A stretch of DNA of 47,621 bases from an uncultured Candidatus Peribacteria bacterium (GTDB lineage: Bacteria; Patescibacteriota; Gracilibacteria; UBA1369; LOWO2-01-FULL-3), in NCBI GenBank assembly GCA_964406295.1, contig CAYORB010000004.1:1-47621 (forward strand), read 5' to 3'. This document shows, piece by piece, positions 15,163 to 25,184 of the stretch; the first letter of the stretch is position 1; the number at the start of each line of letters is the position of its first letter. Position numbers and translations under genes: made by a program. A model generated the notes under the pieces. The model ran no database searches, was not told the DNA's origin, and worked only from the letters and a program-made list of their open reading frames with translations.

Positions 15163-17574
15163 ATGCACATTTCCCTTAATTGGATCAAAGACTTTGTAGA
15201 CATTCCAAAAAAACTATCTCCTGAAGAGTTAGGACAATTGCTAACTCTAAAAACAGCTGAAGTTGAAGGAGTAGAATCAGAAGCAGAGAAATTCGCAAAT
15301 ATGGTATCAGGAAAAGTGGTGAAGTTAGAAAAACATCCAGACGCAGACAGCCTTCAGATTGCACAAGTAGATATAGGTGACGAAGTTATCCAACTTGTTT
15401 GTGGTGGAGCCAATTTGAAAAAAGAAATGGCAGTGGCAGTAACAAAAATCGGTGCAAAAGTTCAATGGCATGGCAAAGGAGAATTAATTACCTTAGAAAA
15501 AGTAAAAATAAGAGGCGTTGAAAGCTTTGGGATGATCGCTGCATCAAGCGAAATTGGTTTAAATAATCCAAATGAAGGAGAAAAAGATATTTTAGATTTA
15601 TCTGACAAAGAACCAAAGCCTGGAACTCCATTGTCCGAACTTTTTGAAAAAAACGACTATATCTTTGAAATTGACAATAAATCGCTCACCCATAGACCTG
15701 ATCTTTGGGGGCATTATGGAATGGCCAGAGAAGTCGCAGCCATAACAGAGACAAGGCTTAAACCTATAAAACCAAATGTTTCAATCCCTTCAGGTGGTGA
15801 ACAAATTGAAGTAGAAGTAAAAGACTCAAAGCTATGCCCTAGATTCTGTGCACTTGTAATTAAAAATATAAAAGTACAAGAATCCCCAGATTGGCTACGC
15901 TCTCGCCTCCAAGCAATAGGGCATGGTGTTCATAGTAACATTGTAGATGTAACAAATTATGTAATGGCAGAAATTGGACAACCAATGCACGCCTTTGACA
16001 AAGAAAAAATAGATGAAAAAATCATAGTTCGCAGAGCTGAAGAAGGAGAGAGGCTCACAACATTAGACGGAAAAGAGCGTAAACTCACAAAAACAATGGG
16101 AGTCGTGGCTGATCAAAAAAATGCTGTATCTGTAGCTGGAATTATAGGAGGGGCAAATAGTGAAATCGATGACAATACCACAACAATTATTTTAGAAGCA
16201 GCAAATTGGCACCCTTCAATACTAAGACGAGCATCAATTGAACTGGGAGTACGAACAGACGCCGTTCAAAGATTCGAAAAATCATTAGACCCAAACCTGC
16301 CCGAACTAGCAATTAAGCGCGCTGCTGAAATAATTTTAGAAATCTGTCCAGAAGCAGAAATTGCAGGTCCAATGACAGATATCAAAAATTTTGACAATAA
16401 AGCCATTCAAATAGAGCTAGATCCCAAAAAAGCCATTTCAAAAATCGGAATAGAGCTTTCACCAAAAGAAATAAAAGAAATTCTAGAAAATCTAGAATTC
16501 AAAGTAGAAGAAGGTGATTTAATGAAAGTTACAGTACCAAGTTTCCGTGCAACAAAAGATATAAATATAGAAGACGACTTAATAGAAGAAATTGCTAGAA
16601 TTTATGGATATGATAATATTCAAGCAAGCATTCCTTCTCTACCGGCTAAACTGCCAAGCGAAAACACAGAAAGATTAAAAAAACACAGAGCCAGAGAACT
16701 TTTCTCATATGGCCTTGGTTTTGACGAAGTCTACAATTATTCATTTTACGGCAAATCCGAGCTGTCCAACTCGCTAATGACCGAAGAAGCTCATGTAAAG
16801 CTACTAAATTACCTTTCTGCAGACCAAACACATATGAGAACAAGTCTCATTCCAAATCTATTAAAAAACCTTCAGCACAACATCAAGTATCAAGACGAGT
16901 TCAGTATTTATGAAATTGGACGCAGCTACAAAGAAATTGGAGATTTCATGCCATTGGAAGAAAAACAAATTGCAGGAGCTATTTTAATAAAAGGAAATCA
17001 AGAAAAAGTGTTTTATGAGGCCAAAGGTTCTATTGAGGCTTTTTTAAAAAAATTCACATTAAAAAATATAGAAGCAAAAAAAGGCATAGACAGCACACCT
17101 TATGCTCACCCAAATCAAGCCTTAACCTATATAGACCAAAACGCTCAAACAATTGCAAAGGTATTTAATATTCACCCTCTCGTGAGTAAAAACCACGGAT
17201 TAGACAAATATTCCATAGCTTTATTTGAAATTAATTTCACAGAAGCGATGAAGCTAAAACCAGAAGAAGAAAAATACAAAAGCATTCCCAAATTCCCTAG
17301 TATCATCATGGATATTTCAGTCGTTATAGATAAAAATAAAGAAATAGCAGAAATCCAAAAAGCTATAGAAAAAGCAGATCCCAAACTAATCCTAAAAATT
17401 GAACTTTTTGATGTTTATAAAGGTGAAAACGTTGAAAAAAACAAAAAAGCCGTAGCCTTCAAAATCACACTTCAAACCCCCACCAGAACACTTACCGACC
17501 AAGACATGTCGGCAGTTCAATTAAAAATCTTTAAGAATCTTGAAACAATTGGCGGCCAGATCAGGGGGAAATAG
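15163..17574 (+). CDS. pheT: Phenylalanine--tRNA ligase beta subunit
   Basis: 803 aa. MHISLNWIKDF start, a tRNA-binding OB domain, B3/4, B5 and a C-terminal FDX-ACB-like domain. It lies directly after pheS. Confidence 0.95.
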   Translation: MHISLNWIKDFVDIPKKLSPEELGQLLTLKTAEVEGVESEAEKFANMVSGKVVKLEKHPDADSLQIAQVDIGDEVIQLVCGGANLKKEMAVAVTKIGAKVQWHGKGELITLEKVKIRGVESFGMIAASSEIGLNNPNEGEKDILDLSDKEPKPGTPLSELFEKNDYIFEIDNKSLTHRPDLWGHYGMAREVAAITETRLKPIKPNVSIPSGGEQIEVEVKDSKLCPRFCALVIKNIKVQESPDWLRSRLQAIGHGVHSNIVDVTNYVMAEIGQPMHAFDKEKIDEKIIVRRAEEGERLTTLDGKERKLTKTMGVVADQKNAVSVAGIIGGANSEIDDNTTTIILEAANWHPSILRRASIELGVRTDAVQRFEKSLDPNLPELAIKRAAEIILEICPEAEIAGPMTDIKNFDNKAIQIELDPKKAISKIGIELSPKEIKEILENLEFKVEEGDLMKVTVPSFRATKDINIEDDLIEEIARIYGYDNIQASIPSLPAKLPSENTERLKKHRARELFSYGLGFDEVYNYSFYGKSELSNSLMTEEAHVKLLNYLSADQTHMRTSLIPNLLKNLQHNIKYQDEFSIYEIGRSYKEIGDFMPLEEKQIAGAILIKGNQEKVFYEAKGSIEAFLKKFTLKNIEAKKGIDSTPYAHPNQALTYIDQNAQTIAKVFNIHPLVSKNHGLDKYSIALFEINFTEAMKLKPEEEKYKSIPKFPSIIMDISVVIDKNKEIAEIQKAIEKADPKLILKIELFDVYKGENVEKNKKAVAFKITLQTPTRTLTDQDMSAVQLKIFKNLETIGGQIRGK

Positions 17575-17599
17575 GCAAACTTTTCGTCCAGCCCACTTG

Positions 17600-17640
17600 A
17601 CAGCACTTATTAATAATAGGATTATTAGGGTGCTGTTTTA
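17600..17640 (+). terminator. Candidate rho-independent terminator after pheT
   Basis: acagcac..taataat-agg-attatta..gtgctgt (two 7-bp helices with an internal loop) followed by TTTT. Confidence 0.5.
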
Positions 17641-17668
17641 ATAGCAACTATTACCTCATAATATTTGT

Positions 17669-18955
17669 ATGTCAAAAAACTTAAGTACGAAAACAACTAT
17701 TGATTCGACAAATATTGCACATATTATGGCAGAGCCTCTTTGGCTCGGAGACAATGAACATAAAACAATTTATGTAAATCCAGCTTTTGAAAAATTAAGC
17801 GGATATTCTCTAAAAGAAGCCCTAGGAAAACCCTGTGCTGAATTTTTTGATGAAAATTCAGCAAAACTGATGAAAATTCAGCATAATTTGAGAAAAAAAC
17901 ATATTTCTTCCCAGTATGAGGCCATATTAGTTACAAAAACACAAGAAAAGGTTCCTCTTTTAATCAGCGGATCACCCACAACAAATGGTGGCAGCATGGG
18001 GGTATTTACAAATTTAACAACAGTTAAAAAATTAATAGAACAAGATTCTCTAGCCCAGCAAATAGTACAACATTCAACTGAAGCCATTGTCGTTTTAGAC
18101 ACAAATCGTAAAATCAAATTGTGGAATAACGGAGCAGTAAAAATGTTTGGATATAAAGAGTCCGACGTCCTCAATGAATCTATTAATTTTCTAATTCCTA
18201 AAGAAGAAAGTTTAGAGAATAAAAAATTAATTTGTGAAGTTAAAAAGAAAAACCAAATAAAAAATATTGAAACCCAAAGGTTAAATAAAAACGGTAAATT
18301 AATAGATGTGTCGCTATCTGTAACTATGGTAATGGGAGAAAAAAAGAAATTCATAGGGTATCTGATAATATACAGAGATATTTCTCATGAAAAACAAATT
18401 AGTAATGAGTTGCAAAAACGCTTTGAAGCAATACAAGACGCATACAAAGAACTGGGGTTACAAAAAAGATATTTAGATTACATGTCAGAAATTCTTGAAG
18501 TCGCCACTTCAAATGAAAGCAGCACCAAAGATTTAGAAAAAATCATTGTAAGCGCTTTGTCTCTTTTAACAAAATGTGATTGTGCAACCTTGAGGCTCTG
18601 CGATAAAGATCAAAAATCTTTGAAATTAAAATGTTCATTTGGGGTAGATTCAAATTGGAGTAGCAAAGATAAAATAGATATAAAAAATAGTATTGCGTAT
18701 GACGCATATGTAAAAAAAAGAGCAATAATTTTAGAAGATGTTGACAACTATAGAAAACACCAAGGAATAAATTTGTTAAAAACACATAATATAAAAGTCC
18801 AAATATTAATTCCGCTTTTTGTCAGGGACCATTTTCTCGGATCAATAAGCCTTTATGCCACAAATGCAGCCAAATTTAGACTTATAGAGACTAGTTTCTT
18901 AGAAAAAATGGGCAAGCAGTGTTCCTTAGCACTATTTACAATTCAACAAGATTGA
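17669..18955 (+). CDS. PAS-PAS-GAF sensor protein with no recognisable output domain
   Basis: 428 aa. Two PAS-like segments (..IYVNPAFEKLSGYSLKEALGK.. and ..IKLWNNGAVKMFGYKESDVL..) and a C-terminal GAF-like region. I see no H-box, HATPase, GGDEF or HTH. Confidence 0.7.
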   Translation: MSKNLSTKTTIDSTNIAHIMAEPLWLGDNEHKTIYVNPAFEKLSGYSLKEALGKPCAEFFDENSAKLMKIQHNLRKKHISSQYEAILVTKTQEKVPLLISGSPTTNGGSMGVFTNLTTVKKLIEQDSLAQQIVQHSTEAIVVLDTNRKIKLWNNGAVKMFGYKESDVLNESINFLIPKEESLENKKLICEVKKKNQIKNIETQRLNKNGKLIDVSLSVTMVMGEKKKFIGYLIIYRDISHEKQISNELQKRFEAIQDAYKELGLQKRYLDYMSEILEVATSNESSTKDLEKIIVSALSLLTKCDCATLRLCDKDQKSLKLKCSFGVDSNWSSKDKIDIKNSIAYDAYVKKRAIILEDVDNYRKHQGINLLKTHNIKVQILIPLFVRDHFLGSISLYATNAAKFRLIETSFLEKMGKQCSLALFTIQQD

Positions 18956-19023
18956 AATACAACAATCCCCTAAATTAACAGCCTGCTCTTTACCAAAAGT
19001 GCTTTTTTAAGTAAGATTCACTT

Positions 19024-21729
19024 ATGTTAAAACGATTTCTCCCTCACAAAGATGTTGGGTTGTGGAAAAAATTAGGGTTTTGGCTAATAATTGGAATTAC
19101 TGGGCTTGCCTGTTTAGGAATAATAAGCCTGGCAGCATTAATAGCCTTTTTATCAATTGGCCTGCCCAATGTAAATAATCTAGAAAATCTTAATGCAGAT
19201 CAGTCCACACAAATTTTTGACCGTGAAGGCATACTTCTTTATACAATTCATGGTGAAGAAGATAGAGAACAAGTAGATATAAATGATATTTCACAATATT
19301 TAATTGACGCAACAGTTGCACTTGAAGATAGTGATTTTTGGGTTCACAACGGTTTCGATCTTATGGCAATAGGAAAAGCTGGATTACATGAGGTGTTTGG
19401 AATTGGAAACCCGCGAGGAGGGTCCACATTAACACAACAGTACGTTAAAAATACTTTTTTATCGTCAGAAAGAAGTTATGTGCGTAAAGCAAAAGAATTA
19501 ATTTTAGCCCTAAGGTTAGAAAGGGCTTTTGAAAAAGAAAAAATTCTTGAACTATATCTAAACCGAATCCCTTATGGCAATAACGCATACGGTATAGAAA
19601 AAGCCGCTAATATTTATTTCGACAAATCAGCAGCAGAACTTACCTTAGGAGAAAGTGCCATTTTAGCATCTTTACCACAAGCACCCAGCAGATACAACCC
19701 CTATGGAGACAACCGTTATTCCCATCTTCTTAAAGAATTTACTGAAGAAGAACTAAAAAATCGTGTAATTGAAAGTGAATTTGATCTAAATACAGAAGAG
19801 TATGCTAGAGGAATAATTGGAAAACATGTAGAACTCAGCAATGGCAATAAAGTATATATAGCAGGACGAAGTGATCTCGCTTTAAAAAGCATGAACAAAA
19901 GAGGCTATATAACAGAAGAAGAATGGCAAGATGCATTAAATGAAATTCAATCACTTGAGTTTAATCAACCAGGGAACAGCCTAAAACATGCACATTTTGT
20001 TTTATACATAAAACAAATTTTAGAAGAGAAATATGGTAAAGATGTAGTAGAAAGAGGTGGTCTCAAGGTATACACATCACTTGATGAGAAATTACAATCT
20101 CATGCAGAAAAAACAGCAGAAGAAAAAGGAGAATCAAACGAAGAGCGTTTTGGGACAAACAACATGGCGGTATTAACAATTAATGCTAAAACCGGAGAAA
20201 TACTGGCAATGGTAGGGTCAAGACTATACAACATGGAAGAAATCGACGGTAATGTAAATGTGGTTTTCAGACCACGACAACCAGGGTCTTCTTTTAAACC
20301 AATTGTGTATGCACAGGCATTTTACAACAATTACGCGCCTGGGAATGTGATCTATGATGTTCCTACAAAAATTGGACCAGATCAACCAGCAAATTATGAT
20401 GGAAAATGGCAAGGCCAAATTTCAGTACGTCGAGGTTTGGCTCAGTCAAGAAACATCCCAGCAATAAAAGCTTATTTCCTTGCTGGAGAACAGGGACCTA
20501 TTATAAAGCTGGCAGAAAAAATGGGAATTAGCACCTTAAATAAAAATCATAGCTATGGTTATCCTTTAGCCCTTGGTGCTGGGGAAATATCTTTATCTGA
20601 AATGGTAACAGCGTTTGCAACATTTGCGAATGCAGGTAAAAAACCTGAGTTAGTCTCTATTTTAAAAGTAGAAAATGCTGACGGAGACATTTTAGAAGAA
20701 TGGAAAGCAAAAGAATTTGAAGAAGTATTAGACCCACAAATCGCATACTTAATAAACAGTATTTTGTCAGATAAAAACCATTCTGTTGGACCTCGCCTCT
20801 TTGTTGATGGGCATATAAATGCTGCTAAAACAGGTACTAGTACAAAAGAAAATAAAAAAGAATCAGGTGGTAGTAGTGTAAGACCTAGTGATGCTTGGAC
20901 AATAGGCTATACACCAACCATAGTAACAGGTGTTTGGACAGGTAACACGGATGGTACAGGCCTTGGCTATAATGCAAACGGATATGATACAGCCTCTCCT
21001 ATTTTTCAATCAATCATGGCAAAGGCCTTAGAAGAAAGAGCCACAGAACCTTTCCCTGAACCAAAAGGAATTAAACAAGTTCAAATAAGTTCAGCTTCCG
21101 GAAAATTACCTGGTCCAAATACACCAAAAAACTTTCTTATTACAGATATTTTCTCAAGTTTTTCAGTTCCAACAGAACAAGAAAAGTTATTTTTTGAAGT
21201 AGAAATTGATAAAATTTCCGGACTCCTTGCAACAGACTTCACACCAAAAGATGCAATTCAAAATGTAACCTTTCAGGCCTATGAACCAATTGCCCCACTT
21301 CTAAACTGGGCACAAGAAATTCAAAATTTTTACAAAAACGATAACTCAAGTCAATCATTAAAAGATATACAAATAGGGCTACCTCCATCAGAATATGACA
21401 ACATTCACACAGCAGAAACAGCCTCTCAAGCACCAACAATTAGTATTATAGAACCAGTCACTCAAACAAAAATATCTCCAGGCAACACAAAAATAATAGT
21501 AGAAACAACAGCAAAAAATGGAGTTGAAATTATTGAATTTTACCTTGATAACGAAAGAAAGTTCTTTACAAAAACCGCCCCTTATAACGGATTTATAAAC
21601 ATATCTCGATTTTTACCAGAAGGCTCCCGTCATTTAATTGTTGCAAAAGTAGTAGACTCACTTGGCTATAGCTCACAATCTGCTATAGAAATTAAAATTG
21701 GATCAAAAGAAAAAAATAGTACAGAATAA
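19024..21729 (+). CDS. Class A penicillin-binding protein (glycosyltransferase plus transpeptidase)
   Basis: 901 aa. N-terminal TM helix, GT51 motifs EDSDFWVHNGFD and GGSTLTQQYVKN, transpeptidase SSFKP / SRN / KTGT, and a C-terminal Ig-like domain. Confidence 0.92.
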   Translation: MLKRFLPHKDVGLWKKLGFWLIIGITGLACLGIISLAALIAFLSIGLPNVNNLENLNADQSTQIFDREGILLYTIHGEEDREQVDINDISQYLIDATVALEDSDFWVHNGFDLMAIGKAGLHEVFGIGNPRGGSTLTQQYVKNTFLSSERSYVRKAKELILALRLERAFEKEKILELYLNRIPYGNNAYGIEKAANIYFDKSAAELTLGESAILASLPQAPSRYNPYGDNRYSHLLKEFTEEELKNRVIESEFDLNTEEYARGIIGKHVELSNGNKVYIAGRSDLALKSMNKRGYITEEEWQDALNEIQSLEFNQPGNSLKHAHFVLYIKQILEEKYGKDVVERGGLKVYTSLDEKLQSHAEKTAEEKGESNEERFGTNNMAVLTINAKTGEILAMVGSRLYNMEEIDGNVNVVFRPRQPGSSFKPIVYAQAFYNNYAPGNVIYDVPTKIGPDQPANYDGKWQGQISVRRGLAQSRNIPAIKAYFLAGEQGPIIKLAEKMGISTLNKNHSYGYPLALGAGEISLSEMVTAFATFANAGKKPELVSILKVENADGDILEEWKAKEFEEVLDPQIAYLINSILSDKNHSVGPRLFVDGHINAAKTGTSTKENKKESGGSSVRPSDAWTIGYTPTIVTGVWTGNTDGTGLGYNANGYDTASPIFQSIMAKALEERATEPFPEPKGIKQVQISSASGKLPGPNTPKNFLITDIFSSFSVPTEQEKLFFEVEIDKISGLLATDFTPKDAIQNVTFQAYEPIAPLLNWAQEIQNFYKNDNSSQSLKDIQIGLPPSEYDNIHTAETASQAPTISIIEPVTQTKISPGNTKIIVETTAKNGVEIIEFYLDNERKFFTKTAPYNGFINISRFLPEGSRHLIVAKVVDSLGYSSQSAIEIKIGSKEKNSTE

Positions 21730-21753
21730 CAAAAACAAAAAACCTCAGCAGGC

Positions 21754-21782
21754 TTGGCAAATCTGCTAAAAAATGTTATAAT
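21754..21782 (+). promoter_or_regulatory. Near-consensus sigma70 promoter with an extended -10
   Basis: TTGGCA-17 nt-TATAAT, with TG at the extended -10 position (tgtTATAAT), 21 nt upstream of the ATG at 21803. Confidence 0.6.
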
Positions 21783-21802
21783 ACCAAGAAAGAAAAACAA
21801 AA

Positions 21803-22816
21803 ATGGACTACACTAAAGAAAAATTAGAGGAGCTTAGGCATCGATGGACAACGCCAAGAGGAAAAAAACTTATAAAGCTAATCAAGGAATCTCGTTGTTA
21901 TTTAAGCCCTGTTCTTTTCAAGGGGAAAATTAATCACTTCCCCGGAATTAATGATCCAGAACTACAAGACGGAGTAGATCTACGTGGCGCACCGTTATCT
22001 GGTTTCGATTTTAGAGTACCAATTCAAGAAGACGAAGGTGGTTTTTCAGAAGAAATCGCTATTCTTTCAGACATTCATCTGGAAGGTGCCATACTCAAAT
22101 ATTGTAATTTTCAAAATGGAAAAATTCATGATTGTTTTTTTGAAGACGCAGACGTTTCCCACACAGAATTCAAAAGCGCCACAATAAGCAATTGCTCTTT
22201 TCAGTCAGCTAATTGCAACGGAATAAATTTTCATGGAGCCAAGATAATAAATTGTAATTTTATCGATGCTCATATTAAAGATATGACATTAGATGCAACT
22301 ATCGTCGATCCAAAAACAAATTTTGGAAAAACCTTAAAATCGGAAAAGGAGGGACATTATCATTTTGCATCAATAGAATACAAACAAATCAAACAAGTAT
22401 ATAAAAACTCCAGCTTACATGCTATTGCAGATGAGTATCATTATAAAAAAATGGTAGCAAAAAGGAAATTATCTCCTATAACTAGTGTAAAATATTGGAC
22501 AAATTATATTTTTGGAGACCTACTTTGTAGATATGGCACTTCTTTTACAAGAGTCCTTTTGTGGTCAGCACTCATCATAACAAGCTGTGCATTTATCTTG
22601 AGTGGACCAAACAAATTAATCTATGACAGCACACCTATTCACGCTAGTTTTCTTGATTCTCTATATTTCAGCATCGTTACTTTCACAACCTTGGGATATG
22701 GAGATTATCATGTAATGGGGCCTATGCGATTTATAGCTGCCGGTGAAGCCTTTGTTGGAGCAGCTCTAATGGCGTTATTTACCGTTATAGTTGCCAGAAA
22801 TCTTATCAGAGATTAG
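21803..22816 (+). CDS. Pentapeptide-repeat domain fused to a 2-TM potassium channel pore
   Basis: 337 aa. Pentapeptide-like repeats occupy the middle of the protein (..GAILKYCNFQNGKIHDCFFEDADVSHTEFKSATISNCSFQSANCNGINFHGAKIINCNFIDAHI..). A TM helix, the K+ selectivity filter TTLGYGD and a second TM helix follow. Confidence 0.85.
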   Translation: MDYTKEKLEELRHRWTTPRGKKLIKLIKESRCYLSPVLFKGKINHFPGINDPELQDGVDLRGAPLSGFDFRVPIQEDEGGFSEEIAILSDIHLEGAILKYCNFQNGKIHDCFFEDADVSHTEFKSATISNCSFQSANCNGINFHGAKIINCNFIDAHIKDMTLDATIVDPKTNFGKTLKSEKEGHYHFASIEYKQIKQVYKNSSLHAIADEYHYKKMVAKRKLSPITSVKYWTNYIFGDLLCRYGTSFTRVLLWSALIITSCAFILSGPNKLIYDSTPIHASFLDSLYFSIVTFTTLGYGDYHVMGPMRFIAAGEAFVGAALMALFTVIVARNLIRD

Positions 22817-22825
22817 TATTAAAAT

Positions 22826-23377
22826 ATGAATACTAAAATCCAAGAACTTCTTCACGAACTGGAAAAAACTAGAGAAATTTATTGGAACATTACACCAGAA
22901 GTAGGAAAGTTTCTTAGTAACTTCATTCAAAAAAATGATTATAAAACTGTGCTAGAGATAGGTACATCGAATGGTTATTCAGGCATATGGCTTGCTGAAG
23001 CTCTAAATCACACAAAAGGTGTGCTTTACACAATAGAATCAAATTCAAAAAAACGATTCCCTTTAAGCCAAGCAAATTTTGCAAAATCAGGCCTTTCTAA
23101 TGTCATTCAAATTTTAGGCCATGCACCAGAAGCAATCCCTGACATGCCAAAAACATTTGATATGGCTTTCTTTGACGCCACAAAATATGAACACATAGAT
23201 TATTTCAACACACTCAAAGATAGAATCACCCCAGGAGGAACTATTATAACAGACAACATTAACTCCCATAGAAAAGAATTAACTCCATATATAGAAAACA
23301 TAAACCAGGAACCAAACTGGACTTCATCAGAAAAATCAATTGGAACAGGCCTTTTAATTAGCAGAAAAGCCCTCTAA
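22826..23377 (+). CDS. Class I SAM-dependent O-methyltransferase (catechol/caffeoyl-CoA OMT-like)
   Basis: 183 aa with the SAM motif VLEIGTSNGYSGIWLA and the later FFDATK and ITDN segments. Confidence 0.75.
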   Translation: MNTKIQELLHELEKTREIYWNITPEVGKFLSNFIQKNDYKTVLEIGTSNGYSGIWLAEALNHTKGVLYTIESNSKKRFPLSQANFAKSGLSNVIQILGHAPEAIPDMPKTFDMAFFDATKYEHIDYFNTLKDRITPGGTIITDNINSHRKELTPYIENINQEPNWTSSEKSIGTGLLISRKAL

Positions 23378-23956
23378 AAAATTCTTAACTTCACTCAAGC
23401 TCTTTCCTCTATGGCTAATCAACGCTTTTTCATCAGCACTTAATGCAGAATAAACCTTATCCAAACCATCAGGTAAAAATACAGCGCTAAGAGGTAACCC
23501 ATCTTTTAACGGTCCTTGTAAGTCTTTAGTAATAACCCCTCTCGTTTCTCTTTCAAAATGATGTCTTTGATTATCAAAAACAAGACAAGCATTGCAAACA
23601 AAATACGCAGCCCTATTTTCCTCTCTATCCATCCTGTTCATAAAATAATCCATCCATTCTTTATCACTGGCATTTTCTCCAGCCCCCCAACGCCTACTCT
23701 TAACCCCCAATTCTCCAGGAAGAGCTTCCAGTATGACTCCAGAGTCCTCACCAAGAGACATCATCCCTGTTTTTGCAGCATAGTAAGAAGCTTTTTTAAA
23801 AGCATTGTCCTTAAAAGTTTCACCATCTTCAACAAAATCAGAATCTTCAATTCCAAGATCTTTCAAAAACACAAACTCAAAAGCCAAACCATTAAGCACT
23901 TCCAAAATTTCGTGGTATTTTCCTGGATTTTTGGTCGCTATCAGTAATTTTTTCAT
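23354..23956 (-). CDS. rdgB: Non-canonical purine NTP pyrophosphatase (RdgB/HAM1)
   Basis: Start at MKKLLIATKNPGKYHEILEVL (ATG 23956). Later EDSG and SHRG motifs are present. Confidence 0.88.
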   Translation of the reverse strand: MKKLLIATKNPGKYHEILEVLNGLAFEFVFLKDLGIEDSDFVEDGETFKDNAFKKASYYAAKTGMMSLGEDSGVILEALPGELGVKSRRWGAGENASDKEWMDYFMNRMDREENRAAYFVCNACLVFDNQRHHFERETRGVITKDLQGPLKDGLPLSAVFLPDGLDKVYSALSADEKALISHRGKSLSEVKNFLEGFSAN

Positions 23957-25145
23957 ATTTTTGGATTTTCCACTTAGTATTTTTCTTAGCAAAATCATAA
24001 TTAAACACCCAACCTTCTGCCTCCATTTCTACCTGTATTTTTGTTCTGGCTACACGAGAAATTTCCATCTCATCAGCTTCAAAATAATCACAAAGTCTAT
24101 CACTAACATTTTCATTCAAATCTCTACGTTCAGTAGCGTTCAAATCACGCGAAAAACTAACTTCATTCTCACAAACAGTAGGATATCCCCTGGCAATCCT
24201 ATCAAAATTAAAACCTAAATCAAAACTAAACACTATATATGAAACAACCATTACAAAAACGAACACAGGTGACACAAGTAAAAAATGCTTCCACTTATCA
24301 ACAAAATCATAAAATTTTTCTTGTCTTTCCATTCTACGTTGATTAGAAAATAATTCTTTTTCTTCTTCTTCACGCATTTCTTTAACAGCTTCAACAAAAA
24401 TCTTAGCAGGATCATTAGATCCAGTAGCTTCCTTAGATACAACTGGAGTTTGTCTTTCCGGCACAGGTTCTACTTCTATAGCAAAATCTTTACGGTCAAT
24501 TCTTCCCGAAATATCCATTTTTAAATTGAGCTTTAAAATTTCTGGAATATCAATACTCTCTATATCTCTCAGCCTAGCAAAAAAACCACTCAATTCGCCA
24601 AAATACACACCTTGTCCATCATCAGTCTCGCCAAACAAAAGAAAATGCGCTCTTTTCAATACACGATAAATCTGCGGACCAATTGTCCCATCAGTCATAC
24701 CTAAAACGGTCATTACATCACCATCAGCAACTTCTTCAAAAAACTTCAATCTTAAAATCTCTCGTTCTTCCATGGAAAGTTTACCAAACATATTTTTTGC
24801 CTTCGCCATCAATTCCTCCTTATCTGCCTGCTTAGAATCTTCTTCTGAATCAAAAACAACACCTTGAGTACTCATAGGATTATTAGCCAAATAACTCCAA
24901 ATACGAGATTTAGCTAAAGAATAAAGCCAAACCGCATATCCAACATCAGTAGGCGCAACTTGAATTTGTCCAAGCGCATCCAAAAAAGTCAATCGAACAA
25001 TCTTATCTACTTCTCCTATATCACCTATTCTTCTTCGTACATATTTATAAAGTGCCGAAAAATTAGAATCAAAAAGTAATAAAAACTTCGTGCTATCCCC
25101 AGCTTTCATTTGTTCAACACATTGCCTTTCAACGTATAAATCCAT
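23892..25145 (-). CDS. Sigma-70/ECF-like sigma factor fused to a TM helix and a ~110-aa C-terminal domain
   Basis: 417 aa. Region-2-like FSALYKYVRRRIG...LTFLDAL...WLYSLAKSRIWSYL and region-4-like LSMEEREILRLKFFEE...VLGMTDGTIGPQIYRVLKR, then a charged linker, the TM segment FLLVSPVFVFVMVVSYIVFSF and an unassigned C-terminal domain. The 3' end overlaps rdgB by 65 nt. Confidence 0.7.
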   Translation of the reverse strand: MDLYVERQCVEQMKAGDSTKFLLLFDSNFSALYKYVRRRIGDIGEVDKIVRLTFLDALGQIQVAPTDVGYAVWLYSLAKSRIWSYLANNPMSTQGVVFDSEEDSKQADKEELMAKAKNMFGKLSMEEREILRLKFFEEVADGDVMTVLGMTDGTIGPQIYRVLKRAHFLLFGETDDGQGVYFGELSGFFARLRDIESIDIPEILKLNLKMDISGRIDRKDFAIEVEPVPERQTPVVSKEATGSNDPAKIFVEAVKEMREEEEKELFSNQRRMERQEKFYDFVDKWKHFLLVSPVFVFVMVVSYIVFSFDLGFNFDRIARGYPTVCENEVSFSRDLNATERRDLNENVSDRLCDYFEADEMEISRVARTKIQVEMEAEGWVFNYDFAKKNTKWKIQKYEKITDSDQKSRKIPRNFGSA

Positions 25146-25184
25146 AATAGCCCATTAATTCCAGGACTGAATTATAACAATAAA

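Noticed and set aside
23892-23956. The 65-nt overlap between the sigma-fusion 3' end and rdgB considered as evidence of a frameshift or misassembly
   Set aside because: Both frames read cleanly, the rdgB N-terminus (MKKLLIATKNPGK) is canonical, and overlaps are common throughout this window. A sequencing error cannot be excluded without reads.
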